52,102 bases of DNA from Gemmatimonadota bacterium (GCA_039584755.1 JBDGXD010000001.1:1-52102), one strand, 5' to 3'; numbered from the stretch's first letter, positions 1 through 8,322 are shown. The notes: generated by a model from the sequence alone, not told the origin. Program-made: numbers and translations.

Positions 1-1
1 C

Positions 2-202
2 GAGAGACTGGCACCCTGGGCACTCATCCGGGCAGGGGTCAATGACTCGCTACGCGCCCGTCTGAACGGATGGTTGCGCGAGCTGTACGCAGTGGCACAC
101 TGGATTGCCCCGTTTCTGCCGGATGCGAGTGCGAAGATCAAGACGGCTCTCTCGGCCGGCCAGGTGAAAATGGCTGAGCCGCTGTTCCCGCGCAGGGCTT
201 GA
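2..202 (+). CDS. 3' end of a class I aminoacyl-tRNA synthetase, most like methionyl-tRNA synthetase (partial, runs off the window start)
   Basis: Frame 2 reads ...LRELYAVAHWIAPFLPDASAKIKTALSAGQVKMAEPLFPRRA* with the stop at 200-202. The PF(L/M)P...K(I/L)...PLFPR(I/L) pattern is typical of the MetRS anticodon-binding C-terminus. Only 66 aa are visible. Confidence 0.5.
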   Translation, partial: ERLAPWALIRAGVNDSLRARLNGWLRELYAVAHWIAPFLPDASAKIKTALSAGQVKMAEPLFPRRA

Positions 203-363
203 GGGGGCGGTAAGGGGTCTCACGATCGGTGTCAGGATACTGCTTGCACGCTGGGATCCGCCGGCTGTCGAACTCCAGAGCTGGATTCACCGGCAGTATA
301 TTGGATCGTCGGGACAGTCTAATAGTAAGACCGCACGTCAAGAGATGAGATTGTGAGGATGAA

Positions 364-2466
364 TTGCTGATGAGTTCAAGCCTACGACTTCGGATGCCGC
401 GAATGGCCATGGGTACCGCCTTGCTGGGGATCGTGTTCCTCGGCCCGCCGCCGCAGCAGGAGGAGCCGCTCGGCTGGCCGCGCGAGATAGACACCATGAA
501 TCACACGGTCGTGCTGTACCAGCCGCAAGTGGAGTCGTTCCAGGGTAACGACCTCAAAGGTCGGGCTGCCTTCTCGGTCACCAAAAAAGAGGAAACCGAG
601 CCCGTGTTCGGCGTGGTCTGGATGACAGCCAGGGTGGAAACCGATCGCGATGCCCGCATGGTCGACGTACTCGATGTCACGGTCGACAATGTCCGTTTCC
701 CCGACATTACTGAAGATCAGGAGCAGCTTCTCAGCAACCTCTTCGAATACGAACTCCCAAGTTGGAATCTGAGCCTCTCACTCGACCGGCTCCTGACTGC
801 GCTCGAACTCGCCGAGCGTGAGCAGGCGTCTGCGGAAGCCCTGAACATGGATCCGCCGGTCATTCTGTTCTCCCAGACTCCGGCGATTCTGGTCACGATA
901 GATGGCGAACCTCGGCTGAGTGATGTAGATGGTTCACAGCTGAAGCGGGTGATAAACACCGCGTTCACAATCGTCTCCGACCCCGGAACGGGCTCGTACT
1001 TCTTGTTCGCCGGCGAAGACTCCTGGTATCGGGCCGACAGCCTGGCGGGTAATTGGGAGTTGACGGAAAACGTCCCCGCCGAGGTGGCCAAGCTCGCGCC
1101 GCCTCCCGAAGAAGAGACCGAGGCTGCGGGGGAGCCCGAGGCTGAGGAAGACGAGGAGCCGGGACCCCCGCCCGGCATCGTCGTCGCCACGGAACCCACC
1201 GAACTCATCGTAACTGAAGGTGCGCCGGCGTATGCCCCGATCACCGACACCGACCTGCTCTACGTGACCAACTCCGAGAGCGACATTGTGTTGGAGGTCG
1301 CAACCCAGCGGCACTACGTCATCCTGTCGGGCAGGTGGTTTTCCAGTACGTCTCTCAGCGGACCCTGGGAGCACGTCCCGCCAGAAGAACTGCCAGAAAC
1401 GTTCGCTAGCATTCTACCCGAATCAGAGATGGGGCACCTCCTGGTCTCCGTACCTGGAACCGAGGCCGCGAACGAGGCTGTGATGGACAATCAAATCCCT
1501 CAGACGTCGGCCATCAATCGAAACGAGGCGACACTCGATGTCGATTATGACGGAGAGCCGGAGTTCGAGCCGATCGAAGGGACCAGCCTGTACTATGCTG
1601 TCAACACCAGCTATCAGATCATCAAGTCGGGCGATGAGTACTACGCCTGTAATGAGGCCGTGTGGTTCGTAAGCGATACACCCAACGGACCTTGGCAAGT
1701 CGCCGACCACATACCTGCCGAGATCTCCCAGATTCCGCCGGAATCACCGGTATACAACGTGAAGTATGTGTACGTGTACGATTCGACGCCGGATGTGGTC
1801 TACGTGGGATACACGCCTGGGTACACCTACAGCTACGTGTACGGCGGGACAATCGTGTACGGTACCGGATGGTGGTACCGTCCCTGGTACGGTGTTTACT
1901 ACTACCCCCGCCCGACCACGTGGGGCTGGCATGTTCGTTGGAATCCTTGGTATGGATGGGGATTCGGTTTCAGTTACGGTACCGGGCCGTTCACATTCCA
2001 CGTCGGGTTCGGCGGGTGGTATCGCGGTGGCTGGTGGGGACCGGTGGGTTACCGGGGTTACCGACATGGTTATCACCGCGGATGGCACGCCGGATATCGT
2101 GCTGGGGCACGTGCCGGGTATCAGGCTGGGTATCGGTCTGGACGAGCGAGCTCGCGGTACAACAACATCTACAATCGGCCGCAAAACCGCACGCGCAACG
2201 TTGCCGGCGCACAGAATCGCGCGCGCACGCAGCCGAATCGTGCGGGCACGCGCCCCAACAACGTATACTCGGACCGCAGCGGGAACGTCTACCGCCAAAA
2301 CCAAGGGAATTGGCAGCAACGCAGCCAGGGCAACTGGCAGAACAACCGCAGTGGCAATACACAGAACCTGAACCGTGACGCACAGACGCGGAATCGCGGC
2401 GCGACCCGAACACAGAACTTCCAACGAAGTGGTGGGGCGGCGCGGGGAGGAGGGCGCAGGAGATAG
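364..2466 (+). CDS. Large secreted or envelope hypothetical protein with an extreme Tyr/Trp/Gly-rich then Arg/Asn/Gln-rich C-terminal low-complexity region
   Basis: 700-aa ORF with a hydrophobic N-terminal segment (GTALLGIVFLG) and a structured-looking N-terminal 450 aa. The C-terminal 240 aa contain YXWGXW-like repeats (WYRPWYGVYYYPRPTTWGWHVRWNPWYGWGFGFSYG) followed by an RNQ-rich tail. The start could be TTG 364 or ATG 370. Confidence 0.75.
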   Translation: MLMSSSLRLRMPRMAMGTALLGIVFLGPPPQQEEPLGWPREIDTMNHTVVLYQPQVESFQGNDLKGRAAFSVTKKEETEPVFGVVWMTARVETDRDARMVDVLDVTVDNVRFPDITEDQEQLLSNLFEYELPSWNLSLSLDRLLTALELAEREQASAEALNMDPPVILFSQTPAILVTIDGEPRLSDVDGSQLKRVINTAFTIVSDPGTGSYFLFAGEDSWYRADSLAGNWELTENVPAEVAKLAPPPEEETEAAGEPEAEEDEEPGPPPGIVVATEPTELIVTEGAPAYAPITDTDLLYVTNSESDIVLEVATQRHYVILSGRWFSSTSLSGPWEHVPPEELPETFASILPESEMGHLLVSVPGTEAANEAVMDNQIPQTSAINRNEATLDVDYDGEPEFEPIEGTSLYYAVNTSYQIIKSGDEYYACNEAVWFVSDTPNGPWQVADHIPAEISQIPPESPVYNVKYVYVYDSTPDVVYVGYTPGYTYSYVYGGTIVYGTGWWYRPWYGVYYYPRPTTWGWHVRWNPWYGWGFGFSYGTGPFTFHVGFGGWYRGGWWGPVGYRGYRHGYHRGWHAGYRAGARAGYQAGYRSGRASSRYNNIYNRPQNRTRNVAGAQNRARTQPNRAGTRPNNVYSDRSGNVYRQNQGNWQQRSQGNWQNNRSGNTQNLNRDAQTRNRGATRTQNFQRSGGAARGGGRRR

Positions 2467-2526
2467 GTCTGCGGTGGCTGTTCGGCTACGTATGCAAGCT
2501 TGCTCTCGAGTACGGGAGGTCGGGTC

Positions 2527-3060
2527 GTGGAGACCTTCACAAGCCTGAAGGAACTGGTCGCCAACCCGAGCTTTCAGGACCGCCGGCGGCAGGTACTGAT
2601 GCGTCTAGATTATGCTGCGATCGATCCACCCATAGTCGCTCTGGTGCAGCGTTTCAACGATCTGCCATACTGCTTCACGCTCCAGAGTTGTTGTGGGCAC
2701 TTCCTGTCTGCTGGGCAGCGAGACCGCCACAATGTCCAGGTCTTACCGGCAGTGAGAAGCACGGCCACGGTCGAGTATCGCATAGCCTATCTTGCACTAT
2801 GCATCGACCGGAACGATCATGGCATATCCTTGTTGACGGACTTGAGTGAAGTTGCCGCGATTGATCCGGACTACATCCAGTTCGGCTGTGCCGACTGGTT
2901 CTGGGAACGGCAAGTCAACTCGTACGCACTGCAGGTAGAGCCGAGTAGGCATCAAACCAAGGATGCAGTCTGCATTGCGTATGAGGAAGCGTTACACGTG
3001 CAGACAATTCGCGATACTTTCATCGCTGCGCTCGAGCGGTTGCTAGATGTCCGGTCGTGA
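2527..3060 (+). CDS. Hypothetical protein with a tentative TYW3-like motif
   Basis: The ORF is open from 2500. GTG 2527 lies 7 nt after GGGAGG. The segment IDPPIVALVQRFNDLPYCFTLQSCCGH resembles the TYW3-family N-terminal motif (ID.PI..LI..IN......TTSSCSGR). I recognise no other family. Confidence 0.55.
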   Translation: METFTSLKELVANPSFQDRRRQVLMRLDYAAIDPPIVALVQRFNDLPYCFTLQSCCGHFLSAGQRDRHNVQVLPAVRSTATVEYRIAYLALCIDRNDHGISLLTDLSEVAAIDPDYIQFGCADWFWERQVNSYALQVEPSRHQTKDAVCIAYEEALHVQTIRDTFIAALERLLDVRS

Positions 3061-3062
3061 GG

Positions 3063-3203
3063 TTGGTGATCCTCACAACCCGGTACAGCAGTGTCGTTAC
3101 TACCGAGCGAACCCAGGAGATCGGCATTGAGGCCGTACTGACCAAGCCGTTCACTGCCAGGCAGCTTGCGGCTGCGTTGCAATCTGTTCTCGCACGACGA
3201 TAG
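3063..3203 (+). pseudogene. Remnant of a response-regulator receiver domain (C-terminal third only)
   Basis: Translation is LVILTTRYSSVVTTERTQEIGIEAVLTKPFTARQLAAALQSVLARR*. This matches the beta4-alpha4-beta5-alpha5 part of CheY-like receivers, including the conserved T and KPF motifs. No upstream Asp pocket or phospho-acceptor region and no credible start are present. It begins 3 nt after the preceding stop. Confidence 0.55.
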
Positions 3204-3320
3204 AGCGGATTTCCAAGCCACGAAACCTCAATCGTTTTGGTCAGCTCTCGTCCACACCTCCATCTAGCCACCAGTGTGTCGCGGCGCTACCTTCACGATT
3301 GGGACACGCTACGGATTAAA

Positions 3321-3554
3321 GTGCAAGAAAGTCGAGAAACAAGTGTAACGTTCTCTCGCAGAGAGAGACGCGAGATCCGGTATATGCTCCGCACCTGGAA
3401 CAGCCCGCCGGTATGTCCGAAATGTGCCCGCAAACTGGTTGCCGTCGGTCCTATCGACCGGCCGGCACCGTTCGGTCCTTCCTTTCGTGTCTCGTGTGGG
3501 TCGTGTCGGCGAACGGCCTTGATCAACAACGCTCCTTGGACCGGCCATGCGTGA
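3321..3554 (+). CDS. Small CxxC...CxxC zinc-ribbon protein (paralog 1)
   Basis: VTFSRRERREIRYMLRTWNSPPVCPKCARKL...VSCGSCRRTALI aligns along its length with the next ORF. The start is uncertain: GTG 3321 was chosen by paralog alignment, but the ORF is open from 3237. Confidence 0.5.
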   Translation: MQESRETSVTFSRRERREIRYMLRTWNSPPVCPKCARKLVAVGPIDRPAPFGPSFRVSCGSCRRTALINNAPWTGHA

Positions 3555-3765
3555 AGAGTCCAGCACTCCGGTTACGTTCTCTCGTGAGGAGATGGCCGAG
3601 ATCAGGGAGATGCTCAACACATTGGACTCGACGCCAATATGCCCCAGGTGTCGGGAAGCTCTGATGGTCGAAGAGCTCGTCGATCGTGGCAACCCGCTGG
3701 CTGGTAGCCTGTACCTGAAGTGCCTGACCTGTCGCCGCTCGGCTTTTATCAGACAAACCCCCTAA
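3547..3765 (+). CDS. Small CxxC...CxxC zinc-ribbon protein (paralog 2)
   Basis: MREESSTPVTFSREEMAEIREMLNTLDSTPICPRCREAL...LKCLTCRRSAFI. Its ATG overlaps the stop of paralog 1 (ATGCGTGA), which suggests translational coupling. Confidence 0.6.
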   Translation: MREESSTPVTFSREEMAEIREMLNTLDSTPICPRCREALMVEELVDRGNPLAGSLYLKCLTCRRSAFIRQTP

Positions 3766-3814
3766 CAGCAGCTCATGAGTGAGCTGCCGACACCGCAAGG
3801 TTGAGGAGTTGTCA

Positions 3815-4042
3815 ATGGATTCGATCGTGTCCCACCTGGTGATCGGGTTGTTGGGCGCCGGGATCGTATGGTTCGTCGACCGGCCGATCCGTCGTCAGTT
3901 TCGCCTCCTAATGGAAGCAATAGATGAGGGAAAGCAGGAGGGTAAGGACTGGCGCTTCGTGCGCGATCAGGCAGGCAGGCCCAACGGAATCCGCATCATG
4001 TACGGCGCCTCGGCACCATCGGATAAGCCGGGTTCGATCTAG
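3815..4042 (+). CDS. Small single-pass membrane protein, hypothetical
   Basis: ATG 3815 lies 6 nt after GAGGAG. There is one N-terminal TM helix (IVSHLVIGLLGAGIVWFV) followed by a charged tail. Confidence 0.5.
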   Translation: MDSIVSHLVIGLLGAGIVWFVDRPIRRQFRLLMEAIDEGKQEGKDWRFVRDQAGRPNGIRIMYGASAPSDKPGSI

Positions 4043-4070
4043 GACTGCATCATCGAGGCTGAACTTCGCC

Positions 4071-4928
4071 TCATCCTACACCCAGAAACCAATCGAGGGA
4101 GACGTCGGAGATTTTCCACGGTACCTCATGGTCTCCGTCGAACTCCTGAAAGGTGACATCGTGGCCGGCATCCCGCAGGGCAGGCACGATGATCTCCCGG
4201 GTGATTCCCACCGGCAGCACGCTGTCGCTCATTCCATGAGACACATACACCGGTGGTTTTCCCACCAGTGGCTCGGAGGGGGTGAAGTAGCCGGGAGAAT
4301 AAGCCACCAGATGACTGAACAAATCCCCGTTGGAGACACCGAGGGACAACGCATACGAGGCCCCGTCGGAGAACCCTCCCAGAGCTATTCGTGACGGGTC
4401 TATGCTGCAGCGGTCGAACGTGTGTTGCAACGCCCGGTTGAGGAACTCCAAGTCTGGCCCGAAACTGCCGCTTGTCGAGAGATCCCATGTAGAGAAACGT
4501 GAGTCAGGTGCCAGAAACACCATGCCCCTCGCTTCGGCGCGATCGGGATAGCTTGCCCAGTCGCTTGCCTCTCCTCCAGCACCATGGAGTCCTACGAACA
4601 GAGGTGCGGGATTGTCCCAGGAATGAGTCGGTGGCACGTAAAGCAGCCCGTCCCTATCACTCTCGAGTCCCAGTTCACTCAGCCCCAACGTGGGTTCTAT
4701 GCTCGGTGCCCCCGGCCGGGCCGACAGCCGTGGATCGGAATCAGGCTCTGTGGGATTCTCGAAGATGTTGCAGCCGCTGAGCATTGGTGTAGCCAACGCA
4801 CCCAAACCGGCCCTCAGAAAACTGCGGCGCGACAGTTCCAGCCGTGCACGATTGCTCGATCTGAATAGGGTAGCTGCGTCGTTGGATCGTCTCTCGTTGG
4901 GTTCTTCCGGTTTCACACTCTCTCCCAC
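4071..4928 (-). CDS. Secreted alpha/beta hydrolase of the phospholipase/carboxylesterase family, with a Tat-type signal
   Basis: Twin-arginine motif SRRSFLRAGLGAL, nucleophile elbow GFSDG, HGAGG oxyanion-region motif and a C-terminal GDHEVP His region. GTG start. Confidence 0.8.
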   Translation of the reverse strand: MGESVKPEEPNERRSNDAATLFRSSNRARLELSRRSFLRAGLGALATPMLSGCNIFENPTEPDSDPRLSARPGAPSIEPTLGLSELGLESDRDGLLYVPPTHSWDNPAPLFVGLHGAGGEASDWASYPDRAEARGMVFLAPDSRFSTWDLSTSGSFGPDLEFLNRALQHTFDRCSIDPSRIALGGFSDGASYALSLGVSNGDLFSHLVAYSPGYFTPSEPLVGKPPVYVSHGMSDSVLPVGITREIIVPALRDAGHDVTFQEFDGDHEVPWKISDVSLDWFLGVG

Positions 4929-5141
4929 TTACGATTGTACCTGGGACGCGTTCAGAATCCAGGTGTAATACACCATGTGGTGCAGAGGTTTCCGGTCCTG
5001 ATCAAAGACGGTGTAGGACGGTGCAATTATGACAGAATAAGTCGAACAGAAGGCCGGCTCTTGTAACCATATCCATGCGAGTAGTATCATCCTATCGTCC
5101 GCGACCGCCCTGGACCGTCTCTCACCGTCTTTGGAAGCCGA

Positions 5142-6566
5142 ATGAAGGAAAGACTCATAAGCCTCTTCGAGAACCACTTCGGTCACCGACCCGACGTGAT
5201 TCTCGAAATGGCAGCCGACGGCTCGACGCGGCAGTACTTCCGCTTGGCGCACGGGGAAGATGAGACAGCGGTCGGCGCTATTGGGCCGGATCGCGAGGAG
5301 AACCGCGCATTCTTGGACTTTGCCAAGGCGTTCCGTGAGGTAGGACTCCCGGTCCCATTGATATACGGCGAGGACCGTGAAGCCGGCGTGTGGCTGGAAG
5401 AGGACCTGGGTGATACCACGCTCTTCAATGCGCTCGCCGCGGCACGGGTAGAGTGTAGTGACGAAGACTTCCCCGCCGAGGCCGAGCAGTTGTTCCGCAA
5501 GGCGCTTGCGATACTGCCGCGCTTTCAGGTATTGGGTAATAAGGCGATCGATTACCGCGTGGCGTATCCGCGCCAGGCGTTCGACAAGCAGTCGATTCTC
5601 TGGGACTTGAATTACTTCAAGTATCACTTCCTCAAGCTCGGTCACGTCGCGTTCAACGAACAGCGACTGGAAGACGATTTCGGTCGCTTGACCGAACTGC
5701 TGCTCGAGGCCGATGCGGACTATTTCCTGTACCGCGACTTCCAATCCCGCAACATCATGATTCGCGCTGGTGAACCGTGGTTCATCGACTTCCAAGGAGG
5801 CCGAAAAGGCGCGCTGCAATACGATGTGGCCTCCTTGCTTTACGATGCCAAAGCGGACATTCCCCAGCCGCTGCGGGATGCTCTGCTGGAGCACTATTTG
5901 GACGCGCTGGATGAGTACGTACAAGTGGATCGTGTGCTGTTCCGCGATCGATACACGGGATTCGTGCTCGTGCGTCTTGTACAAGCTTTGGGTGCGTTCG
6001 GCTATCGCGGCTTCTTCGAGCGCAAGCGCCACTTCCTGGAGAGTGTATGGTACGCGGCAGAGAGCCTCGATGGCCTCTTGGCTGACGGTCTGCCGATCGA
6101 ACTGCCCGAGTTGGAACTGGTGCTTCGTCGGATTGCCGACCGCTGGACCCGGTCGCAGGCGCTCAGTGAGACTCAGTGCAATCTCGAGGTGCTGGTACAG
6201 AGCTTCTCGTTCAAGGATGGGTATCCACCGGACATCAAAGGTCACGGTGGTGGGTATGTGTTCGACTGTCGCGGGCTTCCCAATCCGCACGAACAACCCG
6301 AGTTGAGAGAACTGACCGGTGAGACGGATGAGGTAGCGGACTTCTTGGAACCACAGGAGTTGGTGCAGGAGTACTGGGAGAATGTGCGGGGAATAGTAGA
6401 GGCACATGTCGAGGACTACGTGGACCGAGGGTTGACCAGTCTCACGATCTCGTTCGGCTGCACTGGTGGTCGGCACCGGTCGGTATTCATGGCCCGCAAG
6501 GTCGTGGACCATCTTGCCACGGTTTACCCGCACGTTGTGGCTCGACTCTCGCACGGAAAGCTGTGA
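5142..6566 (+). CDS. amgK: AmgK-like anomeric MurNAc/GlcNAc kinase (APH-fold) fused to a RapZ C-terminal-type domain
   Basis: The N-terminal 345 aa or so carry APH/AmgK kinase motifs (STRQYFRL, YRDFQSRNIMI, IDFQGG). The C-terminal 125 aa or so (VLVQSFSFKDGYPPD...YVFDCRGLPNPHEQPELRELTGETDEVADFL...ISFGCTGGRHRSVFMA) align with the E. coli RapZ C-terminal domain. The stop overlaps the murU start. Confidence 0.85.
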   Translation: MKERLISLFENHFGHRPDVILEMAADGSTRQYFRLAHGEDETAVGAIGPDREENRAFLDFAKAFREVGLPVPLIYGEDREAGVWLEEDLGDTTLFNALAAARVECSDEDFPAEAEQLFRKALAILPRFQVLGNKAIDYRVAYPRQAFDKQSILWDLNYFKYHFLKLGHVAFNEQRLEDDFGRLTELLLEADADYFLYRDFQSRNIMIRAGEPWFIDFQGGRKGALQYDVASLLYDAKADIPQPLRDALLEHYLDALDEYVQVDRVLFRDRYTGFVLVRLVQALGAFGYRGFFERKRHFLESVWYAAESLDGLLADGLPIELPELELVLRRIADRWTRSQALSETQCNLEVLVQSFSFKDGYPPDIKGHGGGYVFDCRGLPNPHEQPELRELTGETDEVADFLEPQELVQEYWENVRGIVEAHVEDYVDRGLTSLTISFGCTGGRHRSVFMARKVVDHLATVYPHVVARLSHGKL

Positions 6567-7318
6567 TGGAGGCGATGATCCTCTCCGCGGGGGCAGGGAC
6601 CCGGTTGCGCCCGCTCACCAACCGCCAACCCAAGGCACTCGTTGAAGTGGCAGAAAGACCACTGCTTGCATGGGTGATGGATCGGGTGGTCGAGACGGGC
6701 GTCAATCGTATCGTCGTCAACACACACTACCACCACGATCAAATTGAAGCATTCCTTACCACCAACGTGCCGGCAGGGGTCGAGATCGCACTATCACCCG
6801 AACCTGAGGGACCGTACGATACCGGCGGCGGACTGTTTGCGGCTGCTCACCTGTTCAGGGAAAACCGGCCGTTACTGCTTCACAACGTAGACGTGTTGTC
6901 GCGGATTCCGTTGGACGGGTTGCTTGCAGCGCATTCCCACGCGAGTGAGCGTTCGGGTGAGCGGCTCGTGGCCACGCTCGCCGTACAGGCGCGGGATGCG
7001 AACCGCCAACTGCTGTTCGATGAGCTGGGGCTGATGGGTTGGGAGAACAAGGGCAGCGAACGCGCCGCTCAAGGCTCACATCGGGTGCGGGATCCGGTCG
7101 GAGAACTCACGCGTTGGTCGTTCACCGGCATTCACTTGGTTGACCCGAAGGTATTCAAGCTGAGCGATCGGACCGGGACGTTCTCGATCATCACGTTGTA
7201 CTTGGAGCTGGCCGCGCAGGGATACGTGATTGCTCCCAGTGACGTAACTGAGCACACCTGGATCGATGTGGGGACAGCAGAGCGGCTAGCTGAGGCGAGC
7301 CGCTTGTTTGGCAGATAG
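6563..7318 (+). CDS. murU: MurNAc-alpha-1-phosphate uridylyltransferase (MurU-like nucleotidyltransferase)
   Basis: N-terminal AMILSAGAGTRLRPLT...PKALV sugar-nucleotidyltransferase motif. Length, order after amgK and the GTGATG/TGA overlap all match the AmgK-MurU pair. Confidence 0.85.
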   Translation: MMEAMILSAGAGTRLRPLTNRQPKALVEVAERPLLAWVMDRVVETGVNRIVVNTHYHHDQIEAFLTTNVPAGVEIALSPEPEGPYDTGGGLFAAAHLFRENRPLLLHNVDVLSRIPLDGLLAAHSHASERSGERLVATLAVQARDANRQLLFDELGLMGWENKGSERAAQGSHRVRDPVGELTRWSFTGIHLVDPKVFKLSDRTGTFSIITLYLELAAQGYVIAPSDVTEHTWIDVGTAERLAEASRLFGR

Positions 7319-7431
7319 CGCGGTGGGGCGGTGGCTCAGCCCTTGACGCCACCGGTTTGGCACGCCCTCTTGCAGCATCGACGCCACGCCGCCCGGGCGT
7401 GCGAGGCAGTCACACTCCCACGGAGGACGCG

Positions 7432-8322
7432 GTGCAGTCCGATTGCCGCTGGCTTCTACTCCTGCTGACCATCACGACGTTCGCGCTCAGTGGCTGCGAA
7501 CCAGGTCTACGCACGGTCGACGATGGCTACGGTGAATACGTGTTCGTGCCGGCGGGTGAGTTCCTGATGGGTGACAACTTCGACGAAGGGAACTCGGACG
7601 AAATCCCGGTCCACTCGGTCTACTTGGATGCTTACTACATCGGTAAACAAAAGGTGACCAACGCCGCCTACCGCCGCTTCATCGACGCCAGTGGCTACAG
7701 GCAGGTGGGTCTTTGGCAGGACGGAGGATTCGGCGAGCACGGTGGCGCACCGGACCACTGGTTCGAACCCGAGCACCACGGTGGTGGCGTGGCAGGCAAC
7801 GACGATTACCCCGTGGTGGGTGTGAGTTGGTACGAAGCGGCCGCCTATTGCAGCTGGCTGAGCGACACGACTGGTGCCCGCTATCGGTTGCCCACCGAGG
7901 CTGAGTGGGAAAAGGCGGCCCGCGGTACCGACCAGCGGCGCTACCCCTGGGGTAACGATATCGATGCCAGCTACGCTAGCTACGACAGTGGCGAACCGCG
8001 CGCCAGTTTGCGGCTGACGCCGGTTGGTTTCTTCGACGGCACCACCCGCGGAGGGCGTGCAACGCGCGACAACTCCTCGCCCTACGGTGCCTATGACATG
8101 GCGGGCAACACATCGGAGTGGTGTTGGGACTGGTACGATCGCGCGTACTATTTGCGCTCACCAACCACAAATCCCACCGGTCCTGACTCGGGCACGAGTC
8201 GTGTGTTACGTGGCGGCGGTTACGTCGACAGCGGCTACTACCAGCGTTCTGCCGGGCGGCACAAGCTGGGCGCGCACTTCAAGAGCTACAAGGCAAGCTT
8301 CCGCTGCGTGCGGGAACCCTGA
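7432..8322 (+). CDS. Formylglycine-generating-enzyme (SUMF1/EgtB/PvdO) family lipoprotein, paralog 1
   Basis: FGE-sulfatase domain motifs: PAGEFLMGD, PVHSVYLDAYYIGK, YPVVGVSWYEAAAYCSWL, RLPTEAEWEKAARG, RVLRGGG. GTG 7432 follows GGAGGA and gives the lipobox FALSGC. The ORF is open from 7357. Confidence 0.85.
   Translation: MQSDCRWLLLLLTITTFALSGCEPGLRTVDDGYGEYVFVPAGEFLMGDNFDEGNSDEIPVHSVYLDAYYIGKQKVTNAAYRRFIDASGYRQVGLWQDGGFGEHGGAPDHWFEPEHHGGGVAGNDDYPVVGVSWYEAAAYCSWLSDTTGARYRLPTEAEWEKAARGTDQRRYPWGNDIDASYASYDSGEPRASLRLTPVGFFDGTTRGGRATRDNSSPYGAYDMAGNTSEWCWDWYDRAYYLRSPTTNPTGPDSGTSRVLRGGGYVDSGYYQRSAGRHKLGAHFKSYKASFRCVREP

Noticed and set aside
1622-2424. Multiple overlapping ORFs in both strands and several frames (1662-2378, 1744-2424, 1766-2371, 1991-2413 and others)
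   Set aside because: All lie within the compositionally biased low-complexity part of the 364-2466 gene. The open frames are a by-product of the repeat composition.
4020-4045. GGGTTCGATC, a tRNA T-loop-like string
   Set aside because: The flanks cannot form a T-arm or acceptor stem, and it lies inside the 3' end of a coding ORF.
4929-6554. 541-aa minus-strand ORF
   Set aside because: It is antisense to the well-supported amgK-like gene across its whole length. It has no recognisable motifs and is a typical high-GC shadow ORF.
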